39,097 bases of DNA from a virus (lineage: Duplodnaviria; Heunggongvirae; Uroviricota; Caudoviricetes): IMG/VR virus record IMGVR_UViG_2609460219_000010, positions 1 through 39,097 of that record; one strand, written 5' to 3'. This document shows positions 28,295 to 37,108 of the stretch, one piece after another. Position numbers and translations under genes: made by a program. The notes under the pieces are model-generated. The model was not told the DNA's origin. It saw only the letters and a list, made by a program, of their open reading frames with translations, and did not search any database. Each line of letters starts with the position of its first letter. The stretch's first letter is position 1.

Positions 28295-29310
28295 AGATCC
28301 ACCCCGTAAATCCAGTCAGTGTTTGTCAGGTCGAGTTTTGGTTTTCCGGCTGTCACGCCAGCCTGTTGCTTGTTACGGTTGATTTCGAGCTGGGTCCACT
28401 TGTCGCGGAGTTTGGCCGGACTCAGCACGTTACCGGACCAGAAGTTGTCCTGGCAGGCCCAGCGGAAAAGCACACACATATCGCGGTGGTTACGTCCGTC
28501 ACGTTCACGCATCAGGCGGATATCGTTAGCCCACCCAGCAAAATTCGGTTTTCTGGCTGATGGCGCGATGGTCTTCACCATGTCAAACATCCACTCTGCG
28601 GCGGTCAGGTCTTCTGCTGTCCCCCACTTGCTGCCGCTCTGAATCGCAGCATCCGCTTTCACCACAGGAAGGTCGTTTTCTGGCAGGTCAGAGGATTCGC
28701 CAGAATTCTCGGACGAATAAGGTTTTATATTGTCTTTTGTTAGTTTGTCTTTTGTGTTTACCTGATTCGGGTAAGTGCCTTTACCTGATTTGGGTAAACT
28801 TTTCTTACCTGATTCAGGTAAATTTANCTCTTTCAGGTAAACTTTATTTTTCTTACCTGATTCGGGTAATGTTGACCATTCACTGACCACATTATTAATG
28901 CCTATATTCCGCCCGCTCTGAATAAAAATCCCACGCTTTACCAGAGCACTTTTTGCAGCAGAACACTTGTGCGGCAATATCCCGGTTAATTCGGAAAGTT
29001 GCTCGTTGCTAACCCAATCCAGTTTTTTATTAAAGCCATATGTTTTGCGCATGACAGCCAGAAAGACCAGAAGCTGGTGCTGTGTTAATCCGGCCAGCAT
29101 CACAGCTTCCAGCAACTCATTTGCAATGCGCGTATAACCATCATCGAGATCTGCCACGCGCGGCTCCTTTTGTGCCGCATCCGGCACTGGAAAATTGAAT
29201 ATCTCAGCAGTGTTTGCCATAATTCCTCCCGCAATGAGTGTGTTACGATTTGCACCTGAAAGTCGGTTCTGTTCCCGCAGACCGACTTTCGCCATTTTTG
29301 AACCTGTCAT
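28291..29310 (-). CDS. O: replication initiator O-like protein (hybrid: non-lambda N-terminal domain, lambda-type C-terminal domain)
   Basis: C-terminus ...RWACQDNFWSGNVLSPAKLRDKWTQLEINRNKQQAGVTA.KPKLDLTNTDWIYGVDL recalled as lambda O C-terminus; N-terminal half differs; iterons inside the gene. Confidence 0.8.
   Translation of the reverse strand: MTGSKMAKVGLREQNRLSGANRNTLIAGGIMANTAEIFNFPVPDAAQKEPRVADLDDGYTRIANELLEAVMLAGLTQHQLLVFLAVMRKTYGFNKKLDWVSNEQLSELTGILPHKCSAAKSALVKRGIFIQSGRNIGINNVVSEWSTLPESGKKNKVYLKEXNLPESGKKSLPKSGKGTYPNQVNTKDKLTKDNIKPYSSENSGESSDLPENDLPVVKADAAIQSGSKWGTAEDLTAAEWMFDMVKTIAPSARKPNFAGWANDIRLMRERDGRNHRDMCVLFRWACQDNFWSGNVLSPAKLRDKWTQLEINRNKQQAGVTAGKPKLDLTNTDWIYGVDL
28758..28869. 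repeat. origin iterons (four to five 17-bp repeats TTACCTGATTCGGGTAA) inside O
   Basis: Copies at 28758-28774, 28781-28797, 28805-28821, 28853-28869 plus a degenerate copy around an N near 28827; each internally palindromic; AT-rich tract adjacent. Confidence 0.7.
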
Positions 29311-29852
29311 ATTGCCCCCAGCATGGTGGTGACCATCGCCATCAATGGACCAGCCAGATCTGGGTCCACTCGAAACATCGACACAATGCCTTCACTCATC
29401 TCCTTCAGTTTCTGGTGGCGTGGTGCGTTGAGAATGACCGCCTGCTTTGCCTCACTGAGTTCCTTTTCCATTTCAGCCAGCCGAGCCATGAAGCTATCCT
29501 GCTCAACCAGGTGGCCGCGATATTCCAGCGGTAGTACCGCCAGAATTGCCGGGGTCAGTTCACGCACGTTATTTCGGTATTTTTCAGAATCGAATTTGTT
29601 ATCGAGGAAGCGGAACAGCTTCTGGCGTGCACGACTGACATCATCAGGAAAATCGATGGTGCCGCCGCCCTGTGCTCGATACTCATTCACAATGAGTGCG
29701 GCAACTACATCCTGATTATCTTCAGCAGACCAGGCGCGGACGGCATCACGAATTTTTTCGTGGCCTGGCACCTGTTTTATTTGAGAACGATTTATCACCG
29801 CAGTCGGGCTAAATCCGCTAGTCTGTTGGTATGTAAGTGGTTGCATAATCAT
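29307..29852 (-). CDS. putative CII-like regulator (cII slot)
   Basis: 181 aa ORF between cro and O; assignment positional. Confidence 0.45.
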   Translation of the reverse strand: MIMQPLTYQQTSGFSPTAVINRSQIKQVPGHEKIRDAVRAWSAEDNQDVVAALIVNEYRAQGGGTIDFPDDVSRARQKLFRFLDNKFDSEKYRNNVRELTPAILAVLPLEYRGHLVEQDSFMARLAEMEKELSEAKQAVILNAPRHQKLKEMSEGIVSMFRVDPDLAGPLMAMVTTMLGAI

Positions 29853-29876
29853 CGCCTTATCAGTTAACGCCGCAGA

Positions 29877-30110
29877 TTAGGCGGCAGAATTACTCGCGTT
29901 AAACAATGGTGCGAGGTCGGGACGAATATCTGCTGGCTTAATCTTTCCACCAGTGGCTGAGACAATTTTCATTACATAGCGGGCATCAATTCCGCCACCG
30001 TGTAGCCAACGCCAAACAGTGGGCTGGGCTACACCGCATAGATCTGCCAGTCGTTTTTGACTACCTGTAATACTGATTGCGAGTTGAATGGTTTGATTTG
30101 TCATTATCAA
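29877..30110 (-). CDS. cro: Cro-like repressor (HTH)
   Basis: 77 aa, HTH-like segment SQKRLADLCGVAQPTVWRW; divergent from cI across a 100-bp operator region. Confidence 0.65.
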   Translation of the reverse strand: MIMTNQTIQLAISITGSQKRLADLCGVAQPTVWRWLHGGGIDARYVMKIVSATGGKIKPADIRPDLAPLFNASNSAA

Positions 30111-30136
30111 TTCCTATTGGTATTACAATGAATGGA

Positions 30137-30165
30137 ATAATAGCAATGCGTATTAACCATGGCAA
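30137..30165 (-). promoter_or_regulatory. candidate PR promoter
   Basis: Minus strand -35 TTGCCA, 17-bp spacer, -10 TATTAT, about 27 nt upstream of cro ATG. Confidence 0.4.
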
Positions 30166-30170
30166 TAGCA
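30138..30170. promoter_or_regulatory. candidate OR operator repeats (AATAGCAAT core)
   Basis: Two copies of the AATAGCAAT/CAATAGCA motif overlapping the PR -10 and -35; same motif recurs at candidate OL. Confidence 0.4.
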
Positions 30171-30179
30171 AAACGTGTT

Positions 30180-30207
30180 TTGACCATCAATACGCAAGCG
30201 TATAAAT
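30180..30207 (+). promoter_or_regulatory. candidate PRM promoter (leaderless cI transcript)
   Basis: TTGACC, 15-16 bp spacer, TATAAA/ATAAAT ending about 9 nt before cI ATG at 30216. Confidence 0.35.
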
Positions 30208-30215
30208 TAAAACTT

Positions 30216-30908
30216 ATGAAAAAAGAAACTCTTGCTGATCGCTTAAACCTAGCGATGGAACAATCTGGGATGTCTCAAGGCGCTCTTGCAAAGGCGTCTG
30301 GCGTAGCTCAACCCACAATCTGGAGACTGACAAGCGGCAACGCGCGCGGCTCAACAAAAATTGTTGAAATAGCTAATGCATTGGGTGTTCGAACAGAGTG
30401 GCTCTCATCAGGCATAGGCCCGATGAGAAATGACGGTCAACAATCAGGGAAGCCTACTGTCAACCATTCCAAATACTTCAAGATTGACGTTCTTGATATA
30501 GAAGTGAGTGCCGGGCCGGGAGTCATCAACCGTGAGTTTGTAGAAGTCCTACGCTCGGTTGAGTACTCGTTTGACGATGCTCGTCACATGTTCGATGGCA
30601 GGAAGGCGGAAAATATCCGCATCATTAACGTACGTGGTGACAGCATGTCAGGAACAATCGAACCAGGTGATCTGCTGTTCGTTGATATCACGGTTAAATC
30701 TTTCGACGGTGATGGCATCTATGCGTTTCTGTACGACGACACAGCCCATGTAAAGCGCCTGCAAATGATGAAGGATAAGCTGTTGGTTATCTCTGATAAC
30801 AAGAGCTACTCACCGTGGGANCCGATCGAGAAAGACGAGATGAACCGGGTGTTCATCTTCGGTAAAGTTATTGGGAGCATGCCCCAGACGTACAGGAAAC
30901 ATGGATAA
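30216..30908 (+). CDS. cI: CI-type repressor (HTH + S24 LexA-like autopeptidase)
   Basis: N-terminal HTH (QGALAKASGVAQPTIWRL); C-terminal Ser-Lys dyad motifs GDSM and VKRL; not lambda cI. Start taken at internal Met 30216. Confidence 0.75.
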   Translation: MKKETLADRLNLAMEQSGMSQGALAKASGVAQPTIWRLTSGNARGSTKIVEIANALGVRTEWLSSGIGPMRNDGQQSGKPTVNHSKYFKIDVLDIEVSAGPGVINREFVEVLRSVEYSFDDARHMFDGRKAENIRIINVRGDSMSGTIEPGDLLFVDITVKSFDGDGIYAFLYDDTAHVKRLQMMKDKLLVISDNKSYSPWXPIEKDEMNRVFIFGKVIGSMPQTYRKHG

Positions 30909-30974
30909 TCAGTACTGTGCTGATGAGTCGTTTAGGGGATAGTAAATTTAATTAGAATTAGACGAGAGCGATTT

Positions 30975-31839
30975 ATGGATTGTGACGCTTTACAGGATAT
31001 AAAAATCTCTCTTAGGTATGACGGAAAAGATGCTTTAAATCATGAAATAGATTTGAACTGCCTAGGAGAATCCCTAAAGGGTTTTTCTAAAGTTCTCTCA
31101 ACAGCAGCTTCTTTCTCTGTTACACAAAAATATAGTAAATACATTAATTATCAGGAAGTTAAGGTTTACGCACGCGAAGCAAAAGCTAACTGCTTTACTC
31201 TTGAAGCAGTTCTTAACTTCGCCACTCAGAACCAGTTGTTCTCGGGGATCGCCGCAACTATACTTGGCGCAATACTACAATATATTTTTGCGAGAAATTC
31301 TAACAAGAAAGATGAAATGAAAGCTTTGCAGCAGTCACTTGAAAAGGCCATAGAGGCACTAGGAAACAAGGATGCTGGAACCATTGATAAGTTGATCTCT
31401 TTGATTGACCGAATGGCTGTAGAGCTTCGCCCCTCTGTAAGGCAGGCAGTATCACCTATTGGTAATACTTGCGATCAGATAAGTGTTGCAACAAATGTTG
31501 ACGGCTGCCTTCTAAAAGTTAACGAGAGAGATAAAGCTGAAATTGATAGGCTTGATGATGATGAAGTTCTCGGTCTTCGTGAGTATCGTGCTTTTCTTAC
31601 AGAATTTGATGCACAAAATATGACAGCTAAAATAATTTTAGATGGTGATGACTCNAAAAAAGAGAATCACTGCTGAAATTAGCGATCCAGCTGCAGGAAA
31701 GAAGAATAACCCGTATATTAGAGCTCTTAGTGCATATATATCAACCAAAGGTGATCCATCTGCAGTATTCACTATAACCGCAAAGGCTACTGTTAAAAAA
31801 GGCCAGATAAACAGGTTATTTATTGTAGATGCGAAATGA
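30975..31839 (+). CDS. hypothetical protein in rex position (candidate superinfection-exclusion/defence), frame-disrupted at an A-run
   Basis: AT-rich ORF directly after cI on same strand; predicted single TM segment ([19 protein letters not shown]); frames 30975..31676 and 31642..31839 join if the N at 31655 before AAAAAA is dropped; own terminator follows. Confidence 0.5.
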
Positions 31840-31843
31840 TTTC

Positions 31844-31870
31844 CCCGGCCGTCGTGCCGGGTTTTCTTTT
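31844..31870 (+). terminator. intrinsic terminator after rex-position ORF
   Basis: CCCGGC-CGTCGT-GCCGGG hairpin followed by TTTTCTTTT. Confidence 0.5.
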
Positions 31871-31996
31871 GCCTCCCCTCATCACACACCGTTCAAAAAA
31901 CCACCACAACCCCCGCTTCAGTTATCGCTATGCGATGCAAGTCACAAAATTAATTCCTTTTGCTATCAAACAGTTAATATCAAAATACATCAATCA

Positions 31997-32038
31997 ATAG
32001 CAATAAGTATTGATATCACCAATAGCAATAGCTATTAT
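31997..32038 (+). promoter_or_regulatory. candidate PL promoter with OL operator palindrome
   Basis: TTGATA (32010-32015), 17-bp spacer, TATTAT (32033-32038); palindrome AATAGC-AATA-GCTATT (32020-32035) and second CAATAGCAATA copy upstream. Confidence 0.4.
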
Positions 32039-32111
32039 CACCATGTCGCAACAACACAACGATACGGCAACCACCTGTTTCACCGTTGCGATGACCGCTT
32101 AGATCCGCAGT

Positions 32112-32522
32112 TTGAATTTCAGCAGGCTTCGGGGAGTGCGAGGGGTGAAACGGACGCGTGAACGTCGGTGTGACCAGCTGAAATCAACACAACACTTTAT
32201 ACCTCAGTCGCTTCAACGAGGCGGCTTAGTTATGACAACCGGCGGCCATCCACCGCCTGAATACGCGCAGAAGTCTCTATATGTTCAGCAGCCCAGCTTA
32301 CGGGCAGGAGTTTTTATGGTTCATCAACATTACGGAACGCAGACCGTTAATCGCGGCGCGGTCATGCCAGGAATGCTGGTCAAACACAAAGATGGTACCT
32401 GGACTGCATCAGCTAATTTACGCGGGCGGCTTTATCTGCATCGCGGCATCGAGCGCACTTATACCCGTGATTTGCTCGTAGAAGTTTTTCTCGACGGACG
32501 CGGTAACGGCCTGAATCACTAA
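32112..32522 (+). CDS. hypothetical protein in the N/kil slot (Arg-rich N-terminus if long start is used)
   Basis: 136 aa ORF (alternative start 32232) between candidate PL and gam; N-terminal RLRGVRGVKRTRERR. Confidence 0.35.
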   Translation: MNFSRLRGVRGVKRTRERRCDQLKSTQHFIPQSLQRGGLVMTTGGHPPPEYAQKSLYVQQPSLRAGVFMVHQHYGTQTVNRGAVMPGMLVKHKDGTWTASANLRGRLYLHRGIERTYTRDLLVEVFLDGRGNGLNH

Positions 32523-32598
32523 CCCCCCTTTCCTGTTTTCCTAATCAGCCTGGCATTTCGCGGGCGATATTTTCACAGCCATTTTCAGGAGTTCAGNC

Positions 32599-32895
32599 AT
32601 GAACGCTTATTACATTCAGGATCGTCTTGAGGCTCAGAGCTGGGCGCGTCACTACCAGCAGATCGCCCGTGAAGAGAAAGAGGCAGAACTGGCAGACGAC
32701 ATGGAAAAAGGCCTGCCCCAGCACCTGTTTGAATCGCTATGCATCGATCATTTGCAACGCCACGGGGCCAGCAAAAAAGCTATTACCCGTGCGTTTGATG
32801 ACGATGTTGAGTTTCAGGAGCGCATGGCAGAACACATCCGGTACATGGTTGAAACCATTGCTCACCATCAGGTTGATATTGATTCAGAGGTATAA
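32599..32895 (+). CDS. gam: Gam (RecBCD inhibitor)
   Basis: 98 aa, matches recollection of lambda Gam short form; upstream in-frame sequence resembles long-form N-terminus. Confidence 0.9.
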   Translation: MNAYYIQDRLEAQSWARHYQQIAREEKEAELADDMEKGLPQHLFESLCIDHLQRHGASKKAITRAFDDDVEFQERMAEHIRYMVETIAHHQVDIDSEV

Positions 32896-32900
32896 AACGG

Positions 32901-33686
32901 ATGAGTACAGCACTCGCAACGCTGGCAGGGAAGCTGGCTGAACGTGTCGGCATGGATTCTGTCGACCCAGAGGAACTGATCACCACTCTTCGCCAGACGG
33001 CATTTAAAGGTGATGCCAGCGATGCGCAGTTCATCGCATTGTTGATCGTCGCCAACCAGTACGGCCTTAATCCGTGGACGAAAGAAATTTACGCCTTCCC
33101 TGATAAGCAGAACGGCATTGTTCCGGTGGTGGGCGTTGATGGCTGGTCCCGCATCATCAATGAAAACCAGCAGTTTGATGGCATGGACTTTGAGCAGGAC
33201 AATGAATCCTGCACATGCCGGATTTACCGCAAGGACCGTAATCATCCGATCTGCGTTACCGAATGGATGGATGAATGCCGCCGCGAACCATTCAAAACTC
33301 GCGAAGGCAGAGAAATCACGGGGCCGTGGCAGTCGCATCCCAAACGGATGTTACGTCATAAAGCCATGATTCAGTGTGCCCGTCTGGCCTTCGGATTTGC
33401 TGGTATCTATGACAAGGATGAAGCCGAGCGCATTGTCGAAAATACCGCATACACTGCAGAACGTCAGCCGGAACGCGACATCACTCCGGTTAACGATGAA
33501 ACCATGCAGGAGATTAACACTCTGCTGATTGCCCTGGACAAAACATGGGATGACGACTTATTGCCGCTCTGTTCCCAGATATTTCGCCGCGACATTCGCG
33601 CATCGTCAGAACTGACACAGGCCGAAGCAGTGAAAGCTCTTGGATTCCTGAAACAGAAAGCCTCTGAGCAGAAGGTGGCTGCATGA
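32901..33686 (+). CDS. bet: Bet single-strand annealing recombinase
   Basis: 261 aa, near-identical to my recollection of lambda Bet. Confidence 0.95.
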   Translation: MSTALATLAGKLAERVGMDSVDPEELITTLRQTAFKGDASDAQFIALLIVANQYGLNPWTKEIYAFPDKQNGIVPVVGVDGWSRIINENQQFDGMDFEQDNESCTCRIYRKDRNHPICVTEWMDECRREPFKTREGREITGPWQSHPKRMLRHKAMIQCARLAFGFAGIYDKDEAERIVENTAYTAERQPERDITPVNDETMQEINTLLIALDKTWDDDLLPLCSQIFRRDIRASSELTQAEAVKALGFLKQKASEQKVAA

Positions 33687-34363
33687 CACCGGACATTATC
33701 CTGCAGCGTACCGGGATCGACGTGAGAGCTGTCGAACAGGGGGATGATGCGTGGCACAAATTACGGCTCGGCGTCATCACCGCTTCAGAAGTTCACAACG
33801 TGATAGCAAAGCCCCGCTCAGGAAAGAAGTGGCCTGACATGAAAATGTCCTACTTCCACACCCTGCTGGCTGAGGTTTGCACCGGTGTGGCTCCGGAAGT
33901 TAATGCTAAGGCGCTGGCCTGGGGAAAACAGTACGAGAACGACGCCAGAACCCTGTTTGAATTCACTTCCGGCGTGAATGTTACTGAATCCCCGATCATC
34001 TATCGCGACGAAAGTATGCGCACAGCCTGCTCTCCCGATGGTTTATGCAGTGACTGCAATGGCCTTGAGCTGAAATGCCCGTTTACCTCCAGGGATTTCA
34101 TGAAGTTCCGGCTCGGTGGTTTCGAGGCCATAAAGTCGGCTTACATGGCCCAGGTGCAGTACAGCATGTGGGTGACGCGAAAAGATGCCTGGTACTTTGC
34201 CAACTATGACCCGCGCATGAAGCGTGAAGGCCTGCATTATGTCGTGATTGAGCGGGATGAAAATTACATGGCGAGTTTTGACGAGATGGTGCCGGAGTTC
34301 ATCGAAAAAATGGACGAGGCACTGGCTGAAATTGGTTTTGTATTTGGGGAGCAATGGCGATGA
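33683..34363 (+). CDS. exo: Exo 5'-3' exonuclease
   Basis: 226 aa, near-identical to my recollection of lambda Exo. Confidence 0.95.
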   Translation: MTPDIILQRTGIDVRAVEQGDDAWHKLRLGVITASEVHNVIAKPRSGKKWPDMKMSYFHTLLAEVCTGVAPEVNAKALAWGKQYENDARTLFEFTSGVNVTESPIIYRDESMRTACSPDGLCSDCNGLELKCPFTSRDFMKFRLGGFEAIKSAYMAQVQYSMWVTRKDAWYFANYDPRMKREGLHYVVIERDENYMASFDEMVPEFIEKMDEALAEIGFVFGEQWR

Positions 34364-34707
34364 CGCATCCTCACGATAATATCCGGGTAGGCGCGATCAC
34401 TTTCGTCTACTCCGTTACAAAGCGAGGCTGGGTATTTCCCGGCCTTTCTGTTATCAGAAATCCACTGAAAGCACAGCGGCTGGCTGAGGAGATAAATAAT
34501 AAACNGGGGGGCTGTATGCACAAAGCATCTCCTGTTGAGTTAAGAACGAGTATCGAGATGGCACATAGCCTCGCTCAAATTGGAGTCAGGTTTGTGCCAA
34601 TACCAGCAGAAACAGACGAAGAATTTCATACGTTAGCCACATCCCTTTCACAAAAGCTGGAAATGATGGTGGCGAAAGCAGAAGCAGATGAGAGAGACCA
34701 GGTATGA
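34354..34707 (+). CDS. small b-region ORFs (lambda orf61/orf63-like), fused in this reading frame across an N
   Basis: C-terminal 63 residues [21 protein letters not shown]... form an independent unit; an N at 34505 before a G-run affects whether the upstream ORF terminates in another frame. Confidence 0.5.
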   Translation: MAMTHPHDNIRVGAITFVYSVTKRGWVFPGLSVIRNPLKAQRLAEEINNKXGGCMHKASPVELRTSIEMAHSLAQIGVRFVPIPAETDEEFHTLATSLSQKLEMMVAKAEADERDQV

Positions 34708-34783
34708 CAACCACTGAATGCATTTTTCTGGCAGCGGGCTTCATATTCTGTGTGCTTATGCTTGCCGACATGGGGCTTGTTTA

Positions 34784-34999
34784 ATGACACCTCAGCAAGA
34801 AAACGCCCTTCGCAGCATTGCCCGTCAGGCTAATTCTGAAATCAAAAAAGCCAGACAGCAGTTTCCGGATAAAAACGTCGATGACATTTGCCGTAGCGTA
34901 CTGAAGAAGCACCGCGAAACGGTAACGCTGATGGGATTCACACCGACTCATTTAAGCCTGGCGATCGGCATGTTAAACGGCGTTTTTAAGGAACGGTGA
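34784..34999 (+). CDS. small b-region protein (lambda orf60a-like)
   Basis: MTPQQENALRSIARQANSEIKKARQQF... ; start taken at internal Met (ORF track 34718). Confidence 0.5.
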   Translation: MTPQQENALRSIARQANSEIKKARQQFPDKNVDDICRSVLKKHRETVTLMGFTPTHLSLAIGMLNGVFKER

Positions 35000-35098
35000 A
35001 CATGAAAAGCAAAATTATCAGGGAGCTACAGGCTCCTTTTTTTATTATTCGCATTTACCCTCAAGCGTATTAACCAACAATTCAGGGATTAATGAAAG

Positions 35099-35320
35099 AT
35101 GGCAGACATCATTGATTCAGCATCAGAAATCGAAGAATTACAGCGCAATACAGCAATAAAAATGCGTCGTCTGAACCACCAGGCTATATCTGCCACTCAT
35201 TGTTGTGAGTGTGGCGATCCCATAGATGAACGAAGACGCCTGGTCGTTCAGGGTTGTCGGACTTGTGCAAGTTGCCAGGAAGATCTGGAGCTTATCAGTA
35301 AACAGAGAGGTTCGAAGTGA
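35099..35320 (+). CDS. TraR/DksA-family C4 zinc-finger protein (lambda orf73-like)
   Basis: 73 aa with CCECG...CRTCASC four-Cys zinc-finger spacing typical of TraR/DksA C-terminal domains. Confidence 0.7.
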   Translation: MADIIDSASEIEELQRNTAIKMRRLNHQAISATHCCECGDPIDERRRLVVQGCRTCASCQEDLELISKQRGSK

Positions 35321-35568
35321 GCGTAATTCACTCTCAGGCACTGCGTGAAGCGGCAGAGCAGGCAATGCATGACAACTGGGGATTTGACGCGGACCTTTTC
35401 CATGAGCTGGTAACACCATCGATTGTGCTGACACTGCTGGATGAACGGGAAAGAAACCAGCAATACATCAAACGCCGCGACCAGGAGAACGAGGATATTG
35501 CGCTAACGGTGGGGAAACTGCGTGTTGAGCTGGAGACAGCAAAAATCAAAACTCAACGAGCAGCGTGA
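35317..35568 (+). CDS. hypothetical protein (b-region)
   Basis: 83 aa ORF, start overlaps upstream stop. Confidence 0.4.
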   Translation: MSVIHSQALREAAEQAMHDNWGFDADLFHELVTPSIVLTLLDERERNQQYIKRRDQENEDIALTVGKLRVELETAKIKTQRAA

Positions 35569-35866
35569 GTAGAAGGTGTTATCTCGGATGGAAGTAAGCG
35601 TATTGCTGAACTGGAGGCCTGGGTTGAATACACAAGAGCTGCATACGTAAGAGCAAAAGACAAGGGAGATTTGATCAGAGTTATTACCAGCCAACCAACG
35701 GGATTTTACGCTTACGTACCATGTAATTAGGAATCCTTGAAGTGGCAGCCTAACTGCGGATACACTGAAATGGCGATTTGGTAACATGTTTCGCACAAGG
35801 GTGTTACTACGCTTAGAGATAATCAGCCATGATTAAACGCTTTGTAAAAAGTAAAAGGAAATTACA

Positions 35867-36481
35867 ATGAAAAAATCAATACTAATTTTAGGGCTTACGT
35901 TAATTGTCTCATCTCAAATACCATCGGCAATGGCNAAAAATGAATCAAAACTATGGGTTGTTGTTGATCGAACGGAAAGACATACCTGCCCTTCAAGTAA
36001 ATGTGGAGTGGCTGGGAAACTATTTTTCAGGGAAGGCGTAGATTTTCTAGAAAAAAAAGGTGAATGGGTTCGTATAACTGAGCCATATTCAGCCTCATGT
36101 GTTGGAGGGGAAAGCGAATATATTAAAGAAGGTAATAAATCCTGCACAAGAAAAAATGGAATCGTTAATGGCAAGTTTTCAGAATGGGTTAAACTTAGTG
36201 ATCTTAGCAGTGAAAGGCCATCAGATCCTGCTGAAAATGCGAGCGGAGATGATACTTTAATCAAAGGATCTGATGACTACCGTATATACAAAAAAGAGTT
36301 TTCTTCGGCAGCTAGGAAGTTAATAAATGAAGGGGTCTGCACGGAAAGCGATTTTAAGGAAATCGGAGGGTGGATGGCATCAAGCAATAAGGGTGAAAAC
36401 ATCTATTTCACATATTGCGGAGGAATGACGTTGTCGAACAGAATATACCTAGATGTTAAAAGTGGAAAGACTTTTAGATAA
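35867..36481 (+). CDS. secreted Cys-containing protein, AT-rich moron
   Basis: N-terminal signal peptide MKKSILILGLTLIVSSQIPSAM; AT-rich; AAGGAA RBS; strong terminator downstream. Confidence 0.55.
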   Translation: MKKSILILGLTLIVSSQIPSAMXKNESKLWVVVDRTERHTCPSSKCGVAGKLFFREGVDFLEKKGEWVRITEPYSASCVGGESEYIKEGNKSCTRKNGIVNGKFSEWVKLSDLSSERPSDPAENASGDDTLIKGSDDYRIYKKEFSSAARKLINEGVCTESDFKEIGGWMASSNKGENIYFTYCGGMTLSNRIYLDVKSGKTFR

Positions 36482-36551
36482 TATGATATTACCAATGACA
36501 GTATTGATTTAATGCCTCCATAGAATTATCTCTAGGAAGTAGGTATAAGAA

Positions 36552-36589
36552 AAGCCCGCACAATGAGCTGCTGCGGGCTTTGTGTTATT
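36552..36589 (+). terminator. intrinsic terminator after secreted-protein gene
   Basis: Perfect 9-bp stem AAGCCCGCA/TGCGGGCTT with 11-nt loop, followed by TGTGTTATT. Confidence 0.5.
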
Positions 36590-37108
36590 CGCCATATTTT
36601 ATGAAGCAAATACGACACTATAGATAATTAAGCGTTGCTGGTTGTCGATTCCTCAATCACTCCTGTGGATGACTCTCTTCTTGTATGTGCCATTGAAGGG
36701 GAATATCGCGTAAAAAGATACCGGAAGTATCCGCGCCGCCATTATTGTCTTTCTCCTGATGCAGGAAAAGCAGAATGATCCTACCCACGTAATATGGACA
36801 CAGGCCTAAGCGAGGTTCTGGTTTTCAAATTGTTCCGGACTGAGGCCGCCACACCAACTGTGCCACGCGTCGCTTCAGGCGTGCGCCTTGCGAGTTTGGT
36901 GAGTACATCGCGTTACTGAGCCGCCAGGATGATGCACGTGTGCGCTGGCGTATAAAATCGATCAGCAGAAAACGTTGCGGTAAGTGCGGCGAGAGAGTTC
37001 CTGTTAATTCATGCCCGTGTAATGGTGACTCACAATGCTGGGTGACCAAAGGCTGGCACGAAACAAAATTAATGATATAAATCTCTGTGACATGTCACGG
37101 AGGCGGCA

